Below, piece by piece: positions 28,713 to 38,028 of a DNA stretch of 45,224 nt. The translations under genes and the position numbers were made by a program. How positions within the stretch are numbered: the first letter of the stretch is position 1; every line of letters starts with the position of its first letter. The notes beneath the pieces were generated by a model that searched no databases, was not told the origin of the DNA, and was given only the letters and a program-made list of their open reading frames with translations. This DNA comes from an uncultured Parasutterella sp. (GTDB lineage: Bacteria; Pseudomonadota; Gammaproteobacteria; Burkholderiales; Burkholderiaceae_F), in contig CANQMZ010000001.1 in the NCBI GenBank assembly GCA_947625105.1, forward strand, positions 1 through 45,224, given 5' to 3'.

Positions 28713-30086
28713 ATGAGTGTTTATTTTTGGTTTCAGTTCTTCCTGCTGATTGCCTTCTTGTTCGTATCCGCTCCTAAAGGCGGTATGTTCCTAGGCTTAT
28801 TCAGTGGTATTGGCCTGATTGTTATCATTTTTGGACCGAAGCCCTGGCTTGGTTTGAAACCAGGTACACCTCCGATTGACGTTATTATGACGATCATCGC
28901 TGTTGTGGCTGGTGGTGCCGCTTTGCAGGCTTCCGGTGGTTTGGACTGCATGCTTCAGGTTGCAGAAAAAATTCTCCGTAAACGTCCAAGATTCGTAACT
29001 TACCTCGGACCACTTTGCTGCTTCGTATTGACCATCCTTTGCGGTACTGGTCACACTGTTTATACGCTGCTTCCGATTATTTATGACGTTTCCATTAAGA
29101 CTAACGTCAGACCGGAACGCCCGATGGCTGCCTCTTCAATTGCAGCTCAGATGGGTGTTATTTGCTCACCGGTGTCCGTAGTCTGCGTATCCATGGTCGC
29201 CCTTATCGCTGGTTTCAAAATGGCCAACGGTGCTGAAGTCGGCTTGGTGGACCTTTGCAGCTTGACTATCCCATCAGGTTTGATTGGCTTGTTTGTCATG
29301 GCCACATGGTCAACGTTCCGTGGTAAAGACCTTGACAAAGATCCGGCTTTCCAGGCCTTGATCTCTGACCCAGAAGCTAAGAAGTATGTTTATGGCGAAA
29401 CCATGACTCTTCTTGGCAAGAAGCTCCCTGGCAAACAGTGGGCCGCTATGTGGATCTTCCTTGCTACAGTTGCTGTAGTTGCCTTGTTGGGTGCTTTCAG
29501 CGACCTGCGTCCATCTTTCCCAGGAAAGAAAGGTCCAACTCCATTGTCTATGACTTTGGTTATCCAGATGTTCATGTTGACAGCTGGTGCTTTAATCTGC
29601 ATGTTCACAAAGACTCCTCCGAAGAATGTCGGATCAACAGCCGTGTTCCGTTCTGGTATGGTTGCTGTGGTCTGCGTTTTTGGTGTAGCTTGGTTGTCAG
29701 ACACAATCTTCAAGGCTCACTTGAACGAGTTGAAGGCTGTGTTGGTTGAGTACGTTAAAGAGTTCCCATGGGCATTCGCTATCGTACTTCTGCTGGTATC
29801 CAAGTTGGTGAACTCTCAGGCGGCTGCCGTAGCCATCGTGGTTCCGGTTGCATTGCAGATCGGCACTCCACCCGGAGTGGTCGTAGGCTGCATCTCCGCT
29901 TGCTATGGTTACTACATCATCCCGACTTATCCGTCTGACCTTGCCTCTATCGAGTTCGACCGTTCAGGCACAACCCACATCGGTAAGTTCGTGATTAACC
30001 ATTCGTTCATCTTGCCGGGCTTGATAGGTGTGATTACAGCCACAATCGCTGGCTACTTCATCGCCATCGCTCGCGGATGGATCTAA
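28713..30086 (+). CDS. dcuB: Anaerobic C4-dicarboxylate transporter (DcuA/DcuB family, DcuB-like)
   Basis: [63 protein letters not shown]. Confidence 0.88.
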   Translation: MSVYFWFQFFLLIAFLFVSAPKGGMFLGLFSGIGLIVIIFGPKPWLGLKPGTPPIDVIMTIIAVVAGGAALQASGGLDCMLQVAEKILRKRPRFVTYLGPLCCFVLTILCGTGHTVYTLLPIIYDVSIKTNVRPERPMAASSIAAQMGVICSPVSVVCVSMVALIAGFKMANGAEVGLVDLCSLTIPSGLIGLFVMATWSTFRGKDLDKDPAFQALISDPEAKKYVYGETMTLLGKKLPGKQWAAMWIFLATVAVVALLGAFSDLRPSFPGKKGPTPLSMTLVIQMFMLTAGALICMFTKTPPKNVGSTAVFRSGMVAVVCVFGVAWLSDTIFKAHLNELKAVLVEYVKEFPWAFAIVLLLVSKLVNSQAAAVAIVVPVALQIGTPPGVVVGCISACYGYYIIPTYPSDLASIEFDRSGTTHIGKFVINHSFILPGLIGVITATIAGYFIAIARGWI

Positions 30087-30121
30087 ACAAAGAAATTATT
30101 TAAAGCAGTAGGACAACGATA

Positions 30122-30153
30122 AAGGAGAAACGAGGGTTTCTCCTTAGTTTTTT
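30122..30153 (+). terminator. Intrinsic terminator after dcuB
   Basis: AAGGAGAAAC-gagg-GTTTCTCCTT then AGTTTTTT. Confidence 0.75.
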
Positions 30154-30154
30154 G

Positions 30155-30170
30155 TATCGCTGAATGGGTA
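30155..30170. promoter_or_regulatory. Candidate NarL/NarP 7-2-7 site upstream of napD
   Basis: TATCGCT-ga-ATGGGTA; the right half is an exact inverted TACYYMT (TACCCAT), the left half is 5/7. Confidence 0.45.
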
Positions 30171-30245
30171 AGTTTTTGTTCATAAGGAACTTCATTTGTT
30201 CGCTTGCTAAAATTGCACAGATGTAGCTCCATTACTTACTGTTTT

Positions 30246-30530
30246 ATGAATTACTCAGCACTTCTTGTCACTAGCAAACCAGGTGAATTGTCCAAAATGC
30301 TCGAGAGCCTTCGGGCAATGGAAAATATTGAAGTTCATCACGTCGATGAGGCGGCTGGGCGCTGCATAGTCGTACTTGAAGCGCCTTGTGTTGGAGACGA
30401 GGTTGAGGGATTCAAAAAGATTTCAAATCTTGAATCGGTGATGGATTGCGCACTTGTGGTTCATCGTTTCGATGACGAAGCGCAAATCAAGCCTATTCAA
30501 GATCTAGATAAGATTGACAGGTTTAATTAA
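30246..30530 (+). CDS. napD: NapD chaperone
   Basis: MNYSALLV...IEVH...GRCIVVLE ferredoxin-like NapD pattern immediately before napA. Confidence 0.85.
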   Translation: MNYSALLVTSKPGELSKMLESLRAMENIEVHHVDEAAGRCIVVLEAPCVGDEVEGFKKISNLESVMDCALVVHRFDDEAQIKPIQDLDKIDRFN

Positions 30531-30553
30531 CTGGCATTTACTCAGGAGGAGAT

Positions 30554-33313
30554 ATGACCACTCAAATGCCCAACCTAAAGCGCAGGCAATTGTTGAAAAC
30601 CGGAATTGCAGCCTCTGCTGCAATGACGGTGGGAATCCCCGTCTCAGAAGTAGCTAAGGCTGCTGCCCAAAGCTCTGAAGGCGGAATCGTATGGACCAAA
30701 GGCGTCTGCCGTTTCTGCGGAACAGGATGCGGATTATCCGTCGGTGTTAAAGACGGTCGAGTAATCGCCACTAAGGGCGATCCTGATGCCCCTGTAAACA
30801 GGGGGCTGAACTGCATCAAGGGTTATTTCAATGCCAAGATTCTTTACGGCAAAGATCGTCTGACCCAGCCTCTGATGCGCCGTAGGAATGGTAAATTCAG
30901 TAAAGAAGGCAAGTTTGAGCCGGTCACATGGGATCAGGCTTTTGATGAAATGGAGCGTCAGTTCAAGAAGACTTACGCCAAGAAAGGACCGACCGGTGTT
31001 GCCATTCTCGGTTCCGGCCAGTACACCATTCCTGAAGCCTACGCCGCCAGCAAATTGGTAAAAGCAGGGTGGCGTTCCAACAACCTAGACCCGAATGCTC
31101 GTTTGTGCATGGCTAGCGCGGTGGTCGGTTTCTATCAGGTGTTCGGTATTGATGAACCGGCGAATAACTACTCCGACATCGAAAAATGCAACACGATGAT
31201 TCTTTGGGGCAATAACATGGCTGAGGCTCACCCGGTGCTGTGGAGCCGCGTTGCCGACCGCAAGTTGACTCACCAAGCTACTAAGATCATCAATGTTACG
31301 ACTTATCGCAACATGAGCTCCAACTTGGCTGACACAACCATCATTTTCAAGCCGAGTACTGATCTGGCGATCCTTAACTATATTCTCCGCGAAATTGTGA
31401 AACGCGATGCGATTGACCACGATTTCGTTAACAAGCATTGCATCTTTGCCACTGGCGTGATCGATATCGGCTATGGTATGAGACCAACGGACAAGTATGC
31501 ATTCCCGGCTGAGAAAGATACTCAAGCCAAACAGAATGTCAGAAAGCTTGATAAATGGGAAGCCATTGCTCAGGGACGTAAAGAAGGCGAGGAAGTCAAA
31601 CAGACTGCCCAAGGACCGAAGGCGGGTGGCCATTGGAGCATCACGTTTGACGAGTTTAAGAAAGGACTTGAACCCTATACCTTGGACTTTGTTGCCGAAT
31701 TAGCCAAGGGCGATCCCGATGAAAGCATTGAAGACTTCAAGAAGAAGCTCCAGATGCTTGCCGACGTTTACATGGACAAAGCCAACGACATTTTGAGTTT
31801 CTGGTGTATGGGTGCCAACCAGCATCAAAGAGGCGTGTGGGTAAATGAGCAGATTTATGCTGTGCATCTGCTCCTTGGTAAACATGCCCGCCCGGGTAAC
31901 GGTGCATTCTCTCTGACTGGTCAGCCATCAGCTTGCGGTTCTGCCCGTGAAGTTGGAACTTTCTGCCACAGACTTCCTTCCGACATGCTTGTCGCTGCAA
32001 AACCGGCACGTGTTAAGAGCGAGAAGATTTGGGGTGTGCCTGAAAAGACGATTAACCCGAAGGTTGGTGCTCCGTTTATGGGCATCCTTCGCGGTTTGGA
32101 AGACGGTTCCATCAATTTCCTCTGGACTCAGGTGGTTAATCCATTCCAGGCTGCTCCTAACTCCAATCACTGGCTTAAGGCAGCTCGACATCCCGATAAC
32201 TTTGTTGTGGTAGCTGACGCTTATCCGACATTCTCTTGCCAATATGCTGACTTGATCCTGCCGGTTGCCATGATCTTTGAAAAATGGGGTCTGTACGGTA
32301 ACGCGGAACGTAGAACCCAGGGTTGGCAACAGATGGCTACACCTCCGGGAGAAGCCAGGACTGATCTTTGGACAATGATGGAATTTGCCAAACGTATCAA
32401 GGTCAAAGATTGCTGGGGCGAACAGCCGGTTCCCGGACTTAAAGAAGAAGGTTATGAAGATGGCAAGCTCCCAAGCGTTTTGGAAGAAGCCAAGAAGATG
32501 GGCATTACTCCTGAGATGAGTCTGTACGAGGTTCTTTTTGCACGTAAGCCTTATCTTGAAACTAAGTGGCCTGATCCTGCTTTCCAAAGCAAGATCAACA
32601 GTACAGCGGCTCCAGGCAAACTGAACTGGTTCCCGGAAAAAGCGCTCTTCAACGAATATCGTCAATTTACGCTTGGTGACGGTCATGACCTCGCCGACTT
32701 TGATACTTACCTGAATAGCGAAACACGTGGTTTGATGTGGCCGGTGGTCAACGGTAAAGAAACACCGTACCGCTTTAACCAGGAATTTGACCCGTATGTC
32801 AAGGAAGGCGGCTATGCCTTCTACGGTAAGCTCTTTAAGGCAATTCCGACGGGGAACCTCCAGGGGATCACTGATCCGAAACCCGTGCCGCTGCCCAACA
32901 AGGCGAAGATCTTCTATCGTCCATATGCCTCACCGGTTGAAATGCCCGATGAAAACTATGATTTGTGGCTCTGCACCGGCCGTATCCTTGAGCATTGGCA
33001 TACTGGTTCAATGACGATGAGGGTGCCTGAACTTGAACGCGCGCAACCGAATTCATTCCTGTATATGAATCCGGCTGACGCCGAGAAGAGAGGCCTGAAG
33101 AACGGCGATATCGCTACGGTTGAAAGCCGTCGCGGCAAAATTAACGCAATCGTTCAGACCAATCAGCGCAACTTCATGCCAAAAGGCTCTACATGGTTGG
33201 CCTTCTTTGACCGTAAGGTTCAAACCAACCAAGTTGTCCTTGACGCCACTGACCCGATCTCTGATGAACCGGATTTCAAGAAGTCAGCCGTCAAGGTCTA
33301 TAAAGCCAAGTAG
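30554..33313 (+). CDS. napA: Periplasmic nitrate reductase catalytic subunit
   Basis: Tat KRRQLLK; CRFCGTGC...NCIKG; DPNARLCMASA; GQPSACG.AREVG; HWHTGSMT; PDFKK. Confidence 0.97.
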   Translation: MTTQMPNLKRRQLLKTGIAASAAMTVGIPVSEVAKAAAQSSEGGIVWTKGVCRFCGTGCGLSVGVKDGRVIATKGDPDAPVNRGLNCIKGYFNAKILYGKDRLTQPLMRRRNGKFSKEGKFEPVTWDQAFDEMERQFKKTYAKKGPTGVAILGSGQYTIPEAYAASKLVKAGWRSNNLDPNARLCMASAVVGFYQVFGIDEPANNYSDIEKCNTMILWGNNMAEAHPVLWSRVADRKLTHQATKIINVTTYRNMSSNLADTTIIFKPSTDLAILNYILREIVKRDAIDHDFVNKHCIFATGVIDIGYGMRPTDKYAFPAEKDTQAKQNVRKLDKWEAIAQGRKEGEEVKQTAQGPKAGGHWSITFDEFKKGLEPYTLDFVAELAKGDPDESIEDFKKKLQMLADVYMDKANDILSFWCMGANQHQRGVWVNEQIYAVHLLLGKHARPGNGAFSLTGQPSACGSAREVGTFCHRLPSDMLVAAKPARVKSEKIWGVPEKTINPKVGAPFMGILRGLEDGSINFLWTQVVNPFQAAPNSNHWLKAARHPDNFVVVADAYPTFSCQYADLILPVAMIFEKWGLYGNAERRTQGWQQMATPPGEARTDLWTMMEFAKRIKVKDCWGEQPVPGLKEEGYEDGKLPSVLEEAKKMGITPEMSLYEVLFARKPYLETKWPDPAFQSKINSTAAPGKLNWFPEKALFNEYRQFTLGDGHDLADFDTYLNSETRGLMWPVVNGKETPYRFNQEFDPYVKEGGYAFYGKLFKAIPTGNLQGITDPKPVPLPNKAKIFYRPYASPVEMPDENYDLWLCTGRILEHWHTGSMTMRVPELERAQPNSFLYMNPADAEKRGLKNGDIATVESRRGKINAIVQTNQRNFMPKGSTWLAFFDRKVQTNQVVLDATDPISDEPDFKKSAVKVYKAK

Positions 33314-33332
33314 AAGTAGTTAACCAGAAAAA

Positions 33333-33361
33333 CGACAAAGTGCAGACAATGCACTTTGTCG
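33333..33361. other. Perfect 12-bp intercistronic hairpin between napA and napG
   Basis: CGACAAAGTGCA-gacaa-TGCACTTTGTCG. Confidence 0.75.
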
Positions 33362-33368
33362 CTGATCG

Positions 33369-34127
33369 ATGAAAGAAACTAGTCGTAGAGATTTTTTAAA
33401 GAGGGCCACGCAAGTAGGAGCCACAGGTGTGGCTGCGGGTATCTTTTGGGGAGTTCTCCTCGAGAAAACCGTTAAAGCCCAAGGTTTTGTCTTGCGTCCT
33501 CCTGGAGCCCTACCAAAGGATGAGTTTGAAGCAGCTTGCAGTAAATGCGGGCTCTGCGTTCAGGCTTGTCCTTACGACACGTTGAAACTTGCTCAGTTTA
33601 AAGATGAGGCAACCATAGGCACGCCGTATTTCACGCCTAGAGAAATTCCTTGCTACATGTGCCAGGATATTCCTTGCGTAAAGGCCTGTCCGACTGGTGC
33701 GCTTGACCCTGAGTTAAAGAACATTGACAAGGCCAAGATGGGAGTCGCAGCGATCGACCATTATTCCTGCCTTTCTTGGCAGGGGTTGCGTTGTGAGATT
33801 TGCTATCGTGATTGTCCGTTACAGAATAAAGCGATCATCATTGAAAACCATCCGCGTCTGTTGTCCAAGCACGCATTCTTTGTGCCTGTGGTCCAGCCTG
33901 ATCAATGCACGGGTTGTGGACTGTGTGTTCTGAGTTGCCCAACAGAGAAGCCCTCTATCAACATTGTTAATCCTGATGCGTTCCTTGGCCAAATTGGTGA
34001 CCACTATCGGTTGGGTTGGAAGGAATCTTTGGATGCGAGAGCTGTTCCCGAGGCCCCGATGCAGGAAAAAGACGGGAAGAAGTTGCCTCCGGGTGGTCTT
34101 GATTTTCTTAATTCGGAGCTGCCATGA
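33369..34127 (+). CDS. napG: Ferredoxin-type protein NapG
   Basis: Tat SRRDFLK; LRPPGA; four Cys clusters; GDHYRLGW. Confidence 0.95.
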   Translation: MKETSRRDFLKRATQVGATGVAAGIFWGVLLEKTVKAQGFVLRPPGALPKDEFEAACSKCGLCVQACPYDTLKLAQFKDEATIGTPYFTPREIPCYMCQDIPCVKACPTGALDPELKNIDKAKMGVAAIDHYSCLSWQGLRCEICYRDCPLQNKAIIIENHPRLLSKHAFFVPVVQPDQCTGCGLCVLSCPTEKPSINIVNPDAFLGQIGDHYRLGWKESLDARAVPEAPMQEKDGKKLPPGGLDFLNSELP

Positions 34128-35002
34128 GCCAAGAAAAGAAAGTCATAAGGCACTTGCCGCCACCAAAGGATTTTGGTGAATGGGTTTATCGTCTGCGCTA
34201 TACGTGGGCTCGTAGGGTTGTGCAGTTTGCCCTTATTGCCGCCTTTATCGGGACATTCCGGTGGGGTTGGGCCTTGTTCGGGAAACCGTTGCTCTCCGGG
34301 GACCTCTCTTCCTCGAAGATTCTCGATACGATTCCGCTCGCTGATCCGTTCGCTGCTTTGCAGCGCCTGTTCGCTCAATATTGGCTCTCTAAAGAGACTT
34401 TAATCGGTGCGGGTATTGTTTTGGCGGTTTACCTTGTCATAAGTGGGCGTAGCTTCTGCGCATGGGTTTGCCCGATGAACCTCGTGACCGATTTTGCTTT
34501 TTGGTGTCGAGAGAAGCTCGGCATCCGAAGCAATTTCTTATCTCTGCCCGGATCTCTTCGATATCTCTTTTTGGCCTTGAGTCTTATTCTTTCGGCCATT
34601 ACGGCGACGGCGGCGTTTGAGGCTTTCAGTCCCCAGGCCCTGTTGTGGAGAGATATTGTTTACGGCAGTGTTATGGGTGTTTTGAGCGCGGTCTTCGGTG
34701 TATTTGCCCTTGACCTAGTAGTCACCAAGAGAGCGTGGTGTGGACATTTATGTCCGCTAGGAGCATTTTGGGCTTGCTATGGGACAGTGGGCGTTATTAA
34801 GGTCAAATATGATGATGACACCTGCACCCGTTGCGGAGATTGCTTGAAAGTATGTCCTGAGCCACAAGTTCTCAATTTCAATGCGGCTGCGAAAAAAGGC
34901 ATGATCGCCTCCGGCGAATGCACGAACTGCGGTAAGTGTATCGCCGTTTGTCCGGAAAATAGTTTGAAGTTTGGCATTCGATCAGTTGGAAACAAGTCAT
35001 AA
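34124..35002 (+). CDS. napH: Quinol dehydrogenase membrane component NapH
   Basis: FCAWVCP, WCGHLCPLG, two C-terminal CxxCxxCxxxCP motifs, TM helices. Confidence 0.95.
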   Translation: MSQEKKVIRHLPPPKDFGEWVYRLRYTWARRVVQFALIAAFIGTFRWGWALFGKPLLSGDLSSSKILDTIPLADPFAALQRLFAQYWLSKETLIGAGIVLAVYLVISGRSFCAWVCPMNLVTDFAFWCREKLGIRSNFLSLPGSLRYLFLALSLILSAITATAAFEAFSPQALLWRDIVYGSVMGVLSAVFGVFALDLVVTKRAWCGHLCPLGAFWACYGTVGVIKVKYDDDTCTRCGDCLKVCPEPQVLNFNAAAKKGMIASGECTNCGKCIAVCPENSLKFGIRSVGNKS

Positions 35003-35022
35003 ACCAGTTAGGAGATTTATTT

Positions 35023-35343
35023 ATGAAAAAATTGCTAATTGCCAGCTTGATGGTTTTTGCAGCGCCCTTGTGCTTTGCTGCAACACAGGCACAAATTGAC
35101 AATCAGTTGGCCGCTGAGTTTGAGCCGCCGGCGATTCCTCATGAAGTTGCCACTTTCTTGCCGATTACGGCTCAGAAGAACGCATGCCTGATGTGCCACA
35201 AACCAGGGCTGGCAGGCCAGAAGGTGGCCAAGGGAACACCGACTCCACTGCCGGCGAGTCATGTCACCGATGGCAAAGTTAATCCAAACCGCTATGAGTG
35301 CATGCTCTGCCACGTCAAAGATCAGCCGGTAGCCAAGAAATAG
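35023..35343 (+). CDS. napB: Diheme cytochrome c NapB (compact)
   Basis: Signal peptide; PPAIPH; CLMCH; PASH; RYECMLCH. Confidence 0.9.
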   Translation: MKKLLIASLMVFAAPLCFAATQAQIDNQLAAEFEPPAIPHEVATFLPITAQKNACLMCHKPGLAGQKVAKGTPTPLPASHVTDGKVNPNRYECMLCHVKDQPVAKK

Positions 35344-35358
35344 TCTTCTTTTTTTATT

Positions 35359-35393
35359 AAGTCCGAGTCTCACAATGGATCTCGGGCTTTTTT
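35359..35393 (+). terminator. Intrinsic terminator after napB
   Basis: AAGTCCGAG...CTCGGGCTT followed by TTTT. Confidence 0.7.
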
Positions 35394-35408
35394 ATAGAGG
35401 AAAAATTT

Positions 35409-35445
35409 AAAGGTCTATGAATCAGCCGATACATAGACCTTTTTT
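35409..35445. terminator. Second, possibly bidirectional, terminator between napB and narL
   Basis: AAAGGTCTATG...CATAGACCTTT stem with T tract. Confidence 0.6.
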
Positions 35446-35484
35446 AGTTATTCTTGCCTTGGAACTGCCCAGGGCTGTAGTGAG

Positions 35485-36132
35485 TTACCGGGTAGTTTCG
35501 CTATACCAAACAGCAGCTTCTACTCTGGAGTGGAAAGAGAGCTTTCTAAGTACGTGTTTGACATGAACCTTTATCGTTCCCTCCGAAATATCGAGTTCTC
35601 TAGCGATGAGCTTATTACTCTTGCCTTGCGATATCAACTTCAGAACAATGCTCTCACGCTCTGTTAGCGATGCCAAATCTCTCTTTGCTAAAGTTGGAAC
35701 TTCTTTCAAAGATTGTGCCAAAGCATGGGTCAACGAAGGACTCAGTACATTTTCTCCTTCCATGGCGTTTTTGATGTTTGCGAGAATGTCCTCGGGTTCT
35801 TGATCCTTGAGAAGGAATCCGTCAGCACCGTTTCTCAGGCATTGGATAACATCGGCAGGAGCATCGGAAACCGTAAGAATCACCACTTTAATGGAAGGGT
35901 CGAATTCTTTGATGGCTGAAAGAATTTGAATTCCTCCGGTACCTTTCATGTTGAGGTCTAAGAGAACAAGATCCGGCTCTGCTTCCCTGACACTTCTTAA
36001 TGCTTCATCGAAATTCCCCGCTTCATGAATGTTTTCGAAAAGGGGATCCATTTTGAGTAATTGAACAACTCCTCGTCTGAAAAGAGGATGGTCATCAACG
36101 ACTACGACGCAGTATTTGTCTTCTCTTGTCAT
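35485..36132 (-). CDS. narL: Nitrate/nitrite response regulator NarL/NarP
   Basis: VVDDHPLFRRG, DLVLLDLNM, LTVSD, SNKLIARELDISEGTIKVHVK, SRVEAAVW. Confidence 0.9.
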   Translation of the reverse strand: MTREDKYCVVVVDDHPLFRRGVVQLLKMDPLFENIHEAGNFDEALRSVREAEPDLVLLDLNMKGTGGIQILSAIKEFDPSIKVVILTVSDAPADVIQCLRNGADGFLLKDQEPEDILANIKNAMEGENVLSPSLTHALAQSLKEVPTLAKRDLASLTERESIVLKLISQGKSNKLIARELDISEGTIKVHVKHVLRKLSFHSRVEAAVWYSETTR

Positions 36133-36173
36133 CTTAAGTCCTGTGCGTGACGTGGATTAGTGGAAACGAGAAT

Positions 36174-38006
36174 CTAGCCTAAAAACTCGACAGTGACAAG
36201 GGTTCCACCCGAGATATTTTTGGAGATACCCACAGTGCCTCCAAGCGCCTTCGCTCTTTCGTTCATGATGGAAAGACCGAAATGACCCCTGCGCCCCGCG
36301 TTCTTGCTATCAAAGCCAATTCCATTGTCGGAAACGCATAGGCGGATTTTTCCATTAGAGGTACCTCCTAAGAAAATTCCCACTTTGGTGGCGCGAGCAT
36401 GTTTTTCGACATTCGTTAACGCTTCCCGAAGAATTTGAAGAAGATGAATTTGTTGATTACTGTTGAGTTCGAAATTCTGAAGCGTGTCTTCCAAATGTAT
36501 CTGTAGCGAGCTTCTCTCAGAAAATTCTTTTACGATCTGCAAGATGTTTTGTTTAAGATTGGCAGACTCTGGTTTCAAGCGGAAGGCCACTAGCACTTCT
36601 CTTAAATGCCGATAAGCATCGTTGACGCCAGCTCTGAGTTCATTGACAATGCCCAGTTGTTCGCTCTCCGAACTGTTTTGAGTGATGGCGTGATTCAGTC
36701 GGGTAAGTTGGATTTTAGAGAAAGCTAGGGATTGAGCGATGGAGTCATGCAACTCCCGAGCAATGGTTGAGCGCTCCTCCAACACGGCTAATCTTCTATT
36801 TTCTTCGGCGTTTTCAGTACTTTCGATTGCCTCGATAAAAATCAATGCGATGCTATGTACGAAGGTTTCTTTGTAGGTAAAAGAACTACGGCCGCAATAG
36901 ATAAGCTGCAAGATTCCTTTTACTTGGGAACTGGAGGCAGGAGACTGCTGAATAGTGAGTTCCTTTGAATCAATGTGTTTTATGGTGACGCAGTAGCGGC
37001 TGATGCCAGCTTCGTTAACAAAAGATTGAAGTTGAGAATCAGTAAGCGATAATCCGTTGTCAGCCTTAGCGGCAAGTCGCACGGTTTGAGCCGAGCCGTC
37101 ATGGAGAAATAGACAGCAGCTGCAAGTTCCTAGAGCTTGGTTAACGAGGCTTAGGGCTTTTTCGAGTACGGGTTCCGAAAGAGTCTCCGAAGTAAGAAGG
37201 TCTTTCAAGGAATAAAGAAGGTTTAACGACTTGTTCTGTAAGTTCAGATCTGCAGTTTTGGTTCTAACTTGTTCCTCTAATGAGGAGTACATCCGAGAGA
37301 GGTCTTCGACCATGTAATTCATGGTTTGAGCTAATTCGCCAATTTCATTTTTCTTCTCGTAACTGCTTCTTACATTGAAGTTGCCACCTCTAACTTGAGA
37401 AGCGAGGCTAGATAGGTCCCCTAAGGGTCTGAAGAGCGTATTCCTCAAGTAAATAAAGAAAAGGACGCTGGCCAAAATAACAGCGGCAAGTGAAGCGAAG
37501 ATCACAGTTTCCAAATCGTTGATTTGGTCGTCAAGAGTTTTTTCAAGATCTAATACGAAAGCATCAACTTGATCAACGAAGGGAGGAATCCGCTTAAAGA
37601 ATTCAGTATTGAGACTGGGGTTATTGATTAGTTCAATAGCGAGTGGGCGGATGGACTCGTAGAAGTCGTGATGCACCGAGTTATATTCGATTCGCAGTTG
37701 ATTTGATGGATCCTCAGGAATCCCTGCCGTGAGTTCTTTACTGAGAAGGCGTCGCTCAAACTCGGCAACCGCGCCACTGATATCTTTCTTCCTGACTTCA
37801 AACGAGCTTTCTTGGGTTCTAGCCACGGTCAATGCCAGAACGTAGCTTTGCATTCTCAGAGAGCCGGAGACATTAATGGCGCTGCCTTTCCCGCTTGTTT
37901 GCCCGATCAAAAACAATGAGGCGAGCAAAAGACACAAGAAGACAGCGCTCAGCGCTGTAAAAGCTAAGGTGATTTGCCAGAAAAGACGATTTTTCTTCAT
38001 CCGCAA
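36174..38006 (-). CDS. narX: Nitrate/nitrite sensor histidine kinase NarX/NarQ (start TTG 38006 or ATG 38000)
   Basis: Nitrate-binding P-box AINVSGSLRMQSY, HAMP domain, H-box IARELHDSIAQSL, EALTNVEKHA, DNGIG, GHFGL..MNERA. Confidence 0.9.
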   Translation of the reverse strand: MRMKKNRLFWQITLAFTALSAVFLCLLLASLFLIGQTSGKGSAINVSGSLRMQSYVLALTVARTQESSFEVRKKDISGAVAEFERRLLSKELTAGIPEDPSNQLRIEYNSVHHDFYESIRPLAIELINNPSLNTEFFKRIPPFVDQVDAFVLDLEKTLDDQINDLETVIFASLAAVILASVLFFIYLRNTLFRPLGDLSSLASQVRGGNFNVRSSYEKKNEIGELAQTMNYMVEDLSRMYSSLEEQVRTKTADLNLQNKSLNLLYSLKDLLTSETLSEPVLEKALSLVNQALGTCSCCLFLHDGSAQTVRLAAKADNGLSLTDSQLQSFVNEAGISRYCVTIKHIDSKELTIQQSPASSSQVKGILQLIYCGRSSFTYKETFVHSIALIFIEAIESTENAEENRRLAVLEERSTIARELHDSIAQSLAFSKIQLTRLNHAITQNSSESEQLGIVNELRAGVNDAYRHLREVLVAFRLKPESANLKQNILQIVKEFSERSSLQIHLEDTLQNFELNSNQQIHLLQILREALTNVEKHARATKVGIFLGGTSNGKIRLCVSDNGIGFDSKNAGRRGHFGLSIMNERAKALGGTVGISKNISGGTLVTVEFLG

Positions 38007-38028
38007 CGACCACCTAAGTTATTTACTT

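Noticed and set aside
31085-32686. Antisense ORFs of 182 and 252 aa within napA
   Set aside because: Shadow frames of a strongly codon-biased gene; no protein features
21647-33313. Selenocysteine recoding in the molybdoenzymes
   Set aside because: Both ORFs are uninterrupted, with Cys at the probable ligand positions
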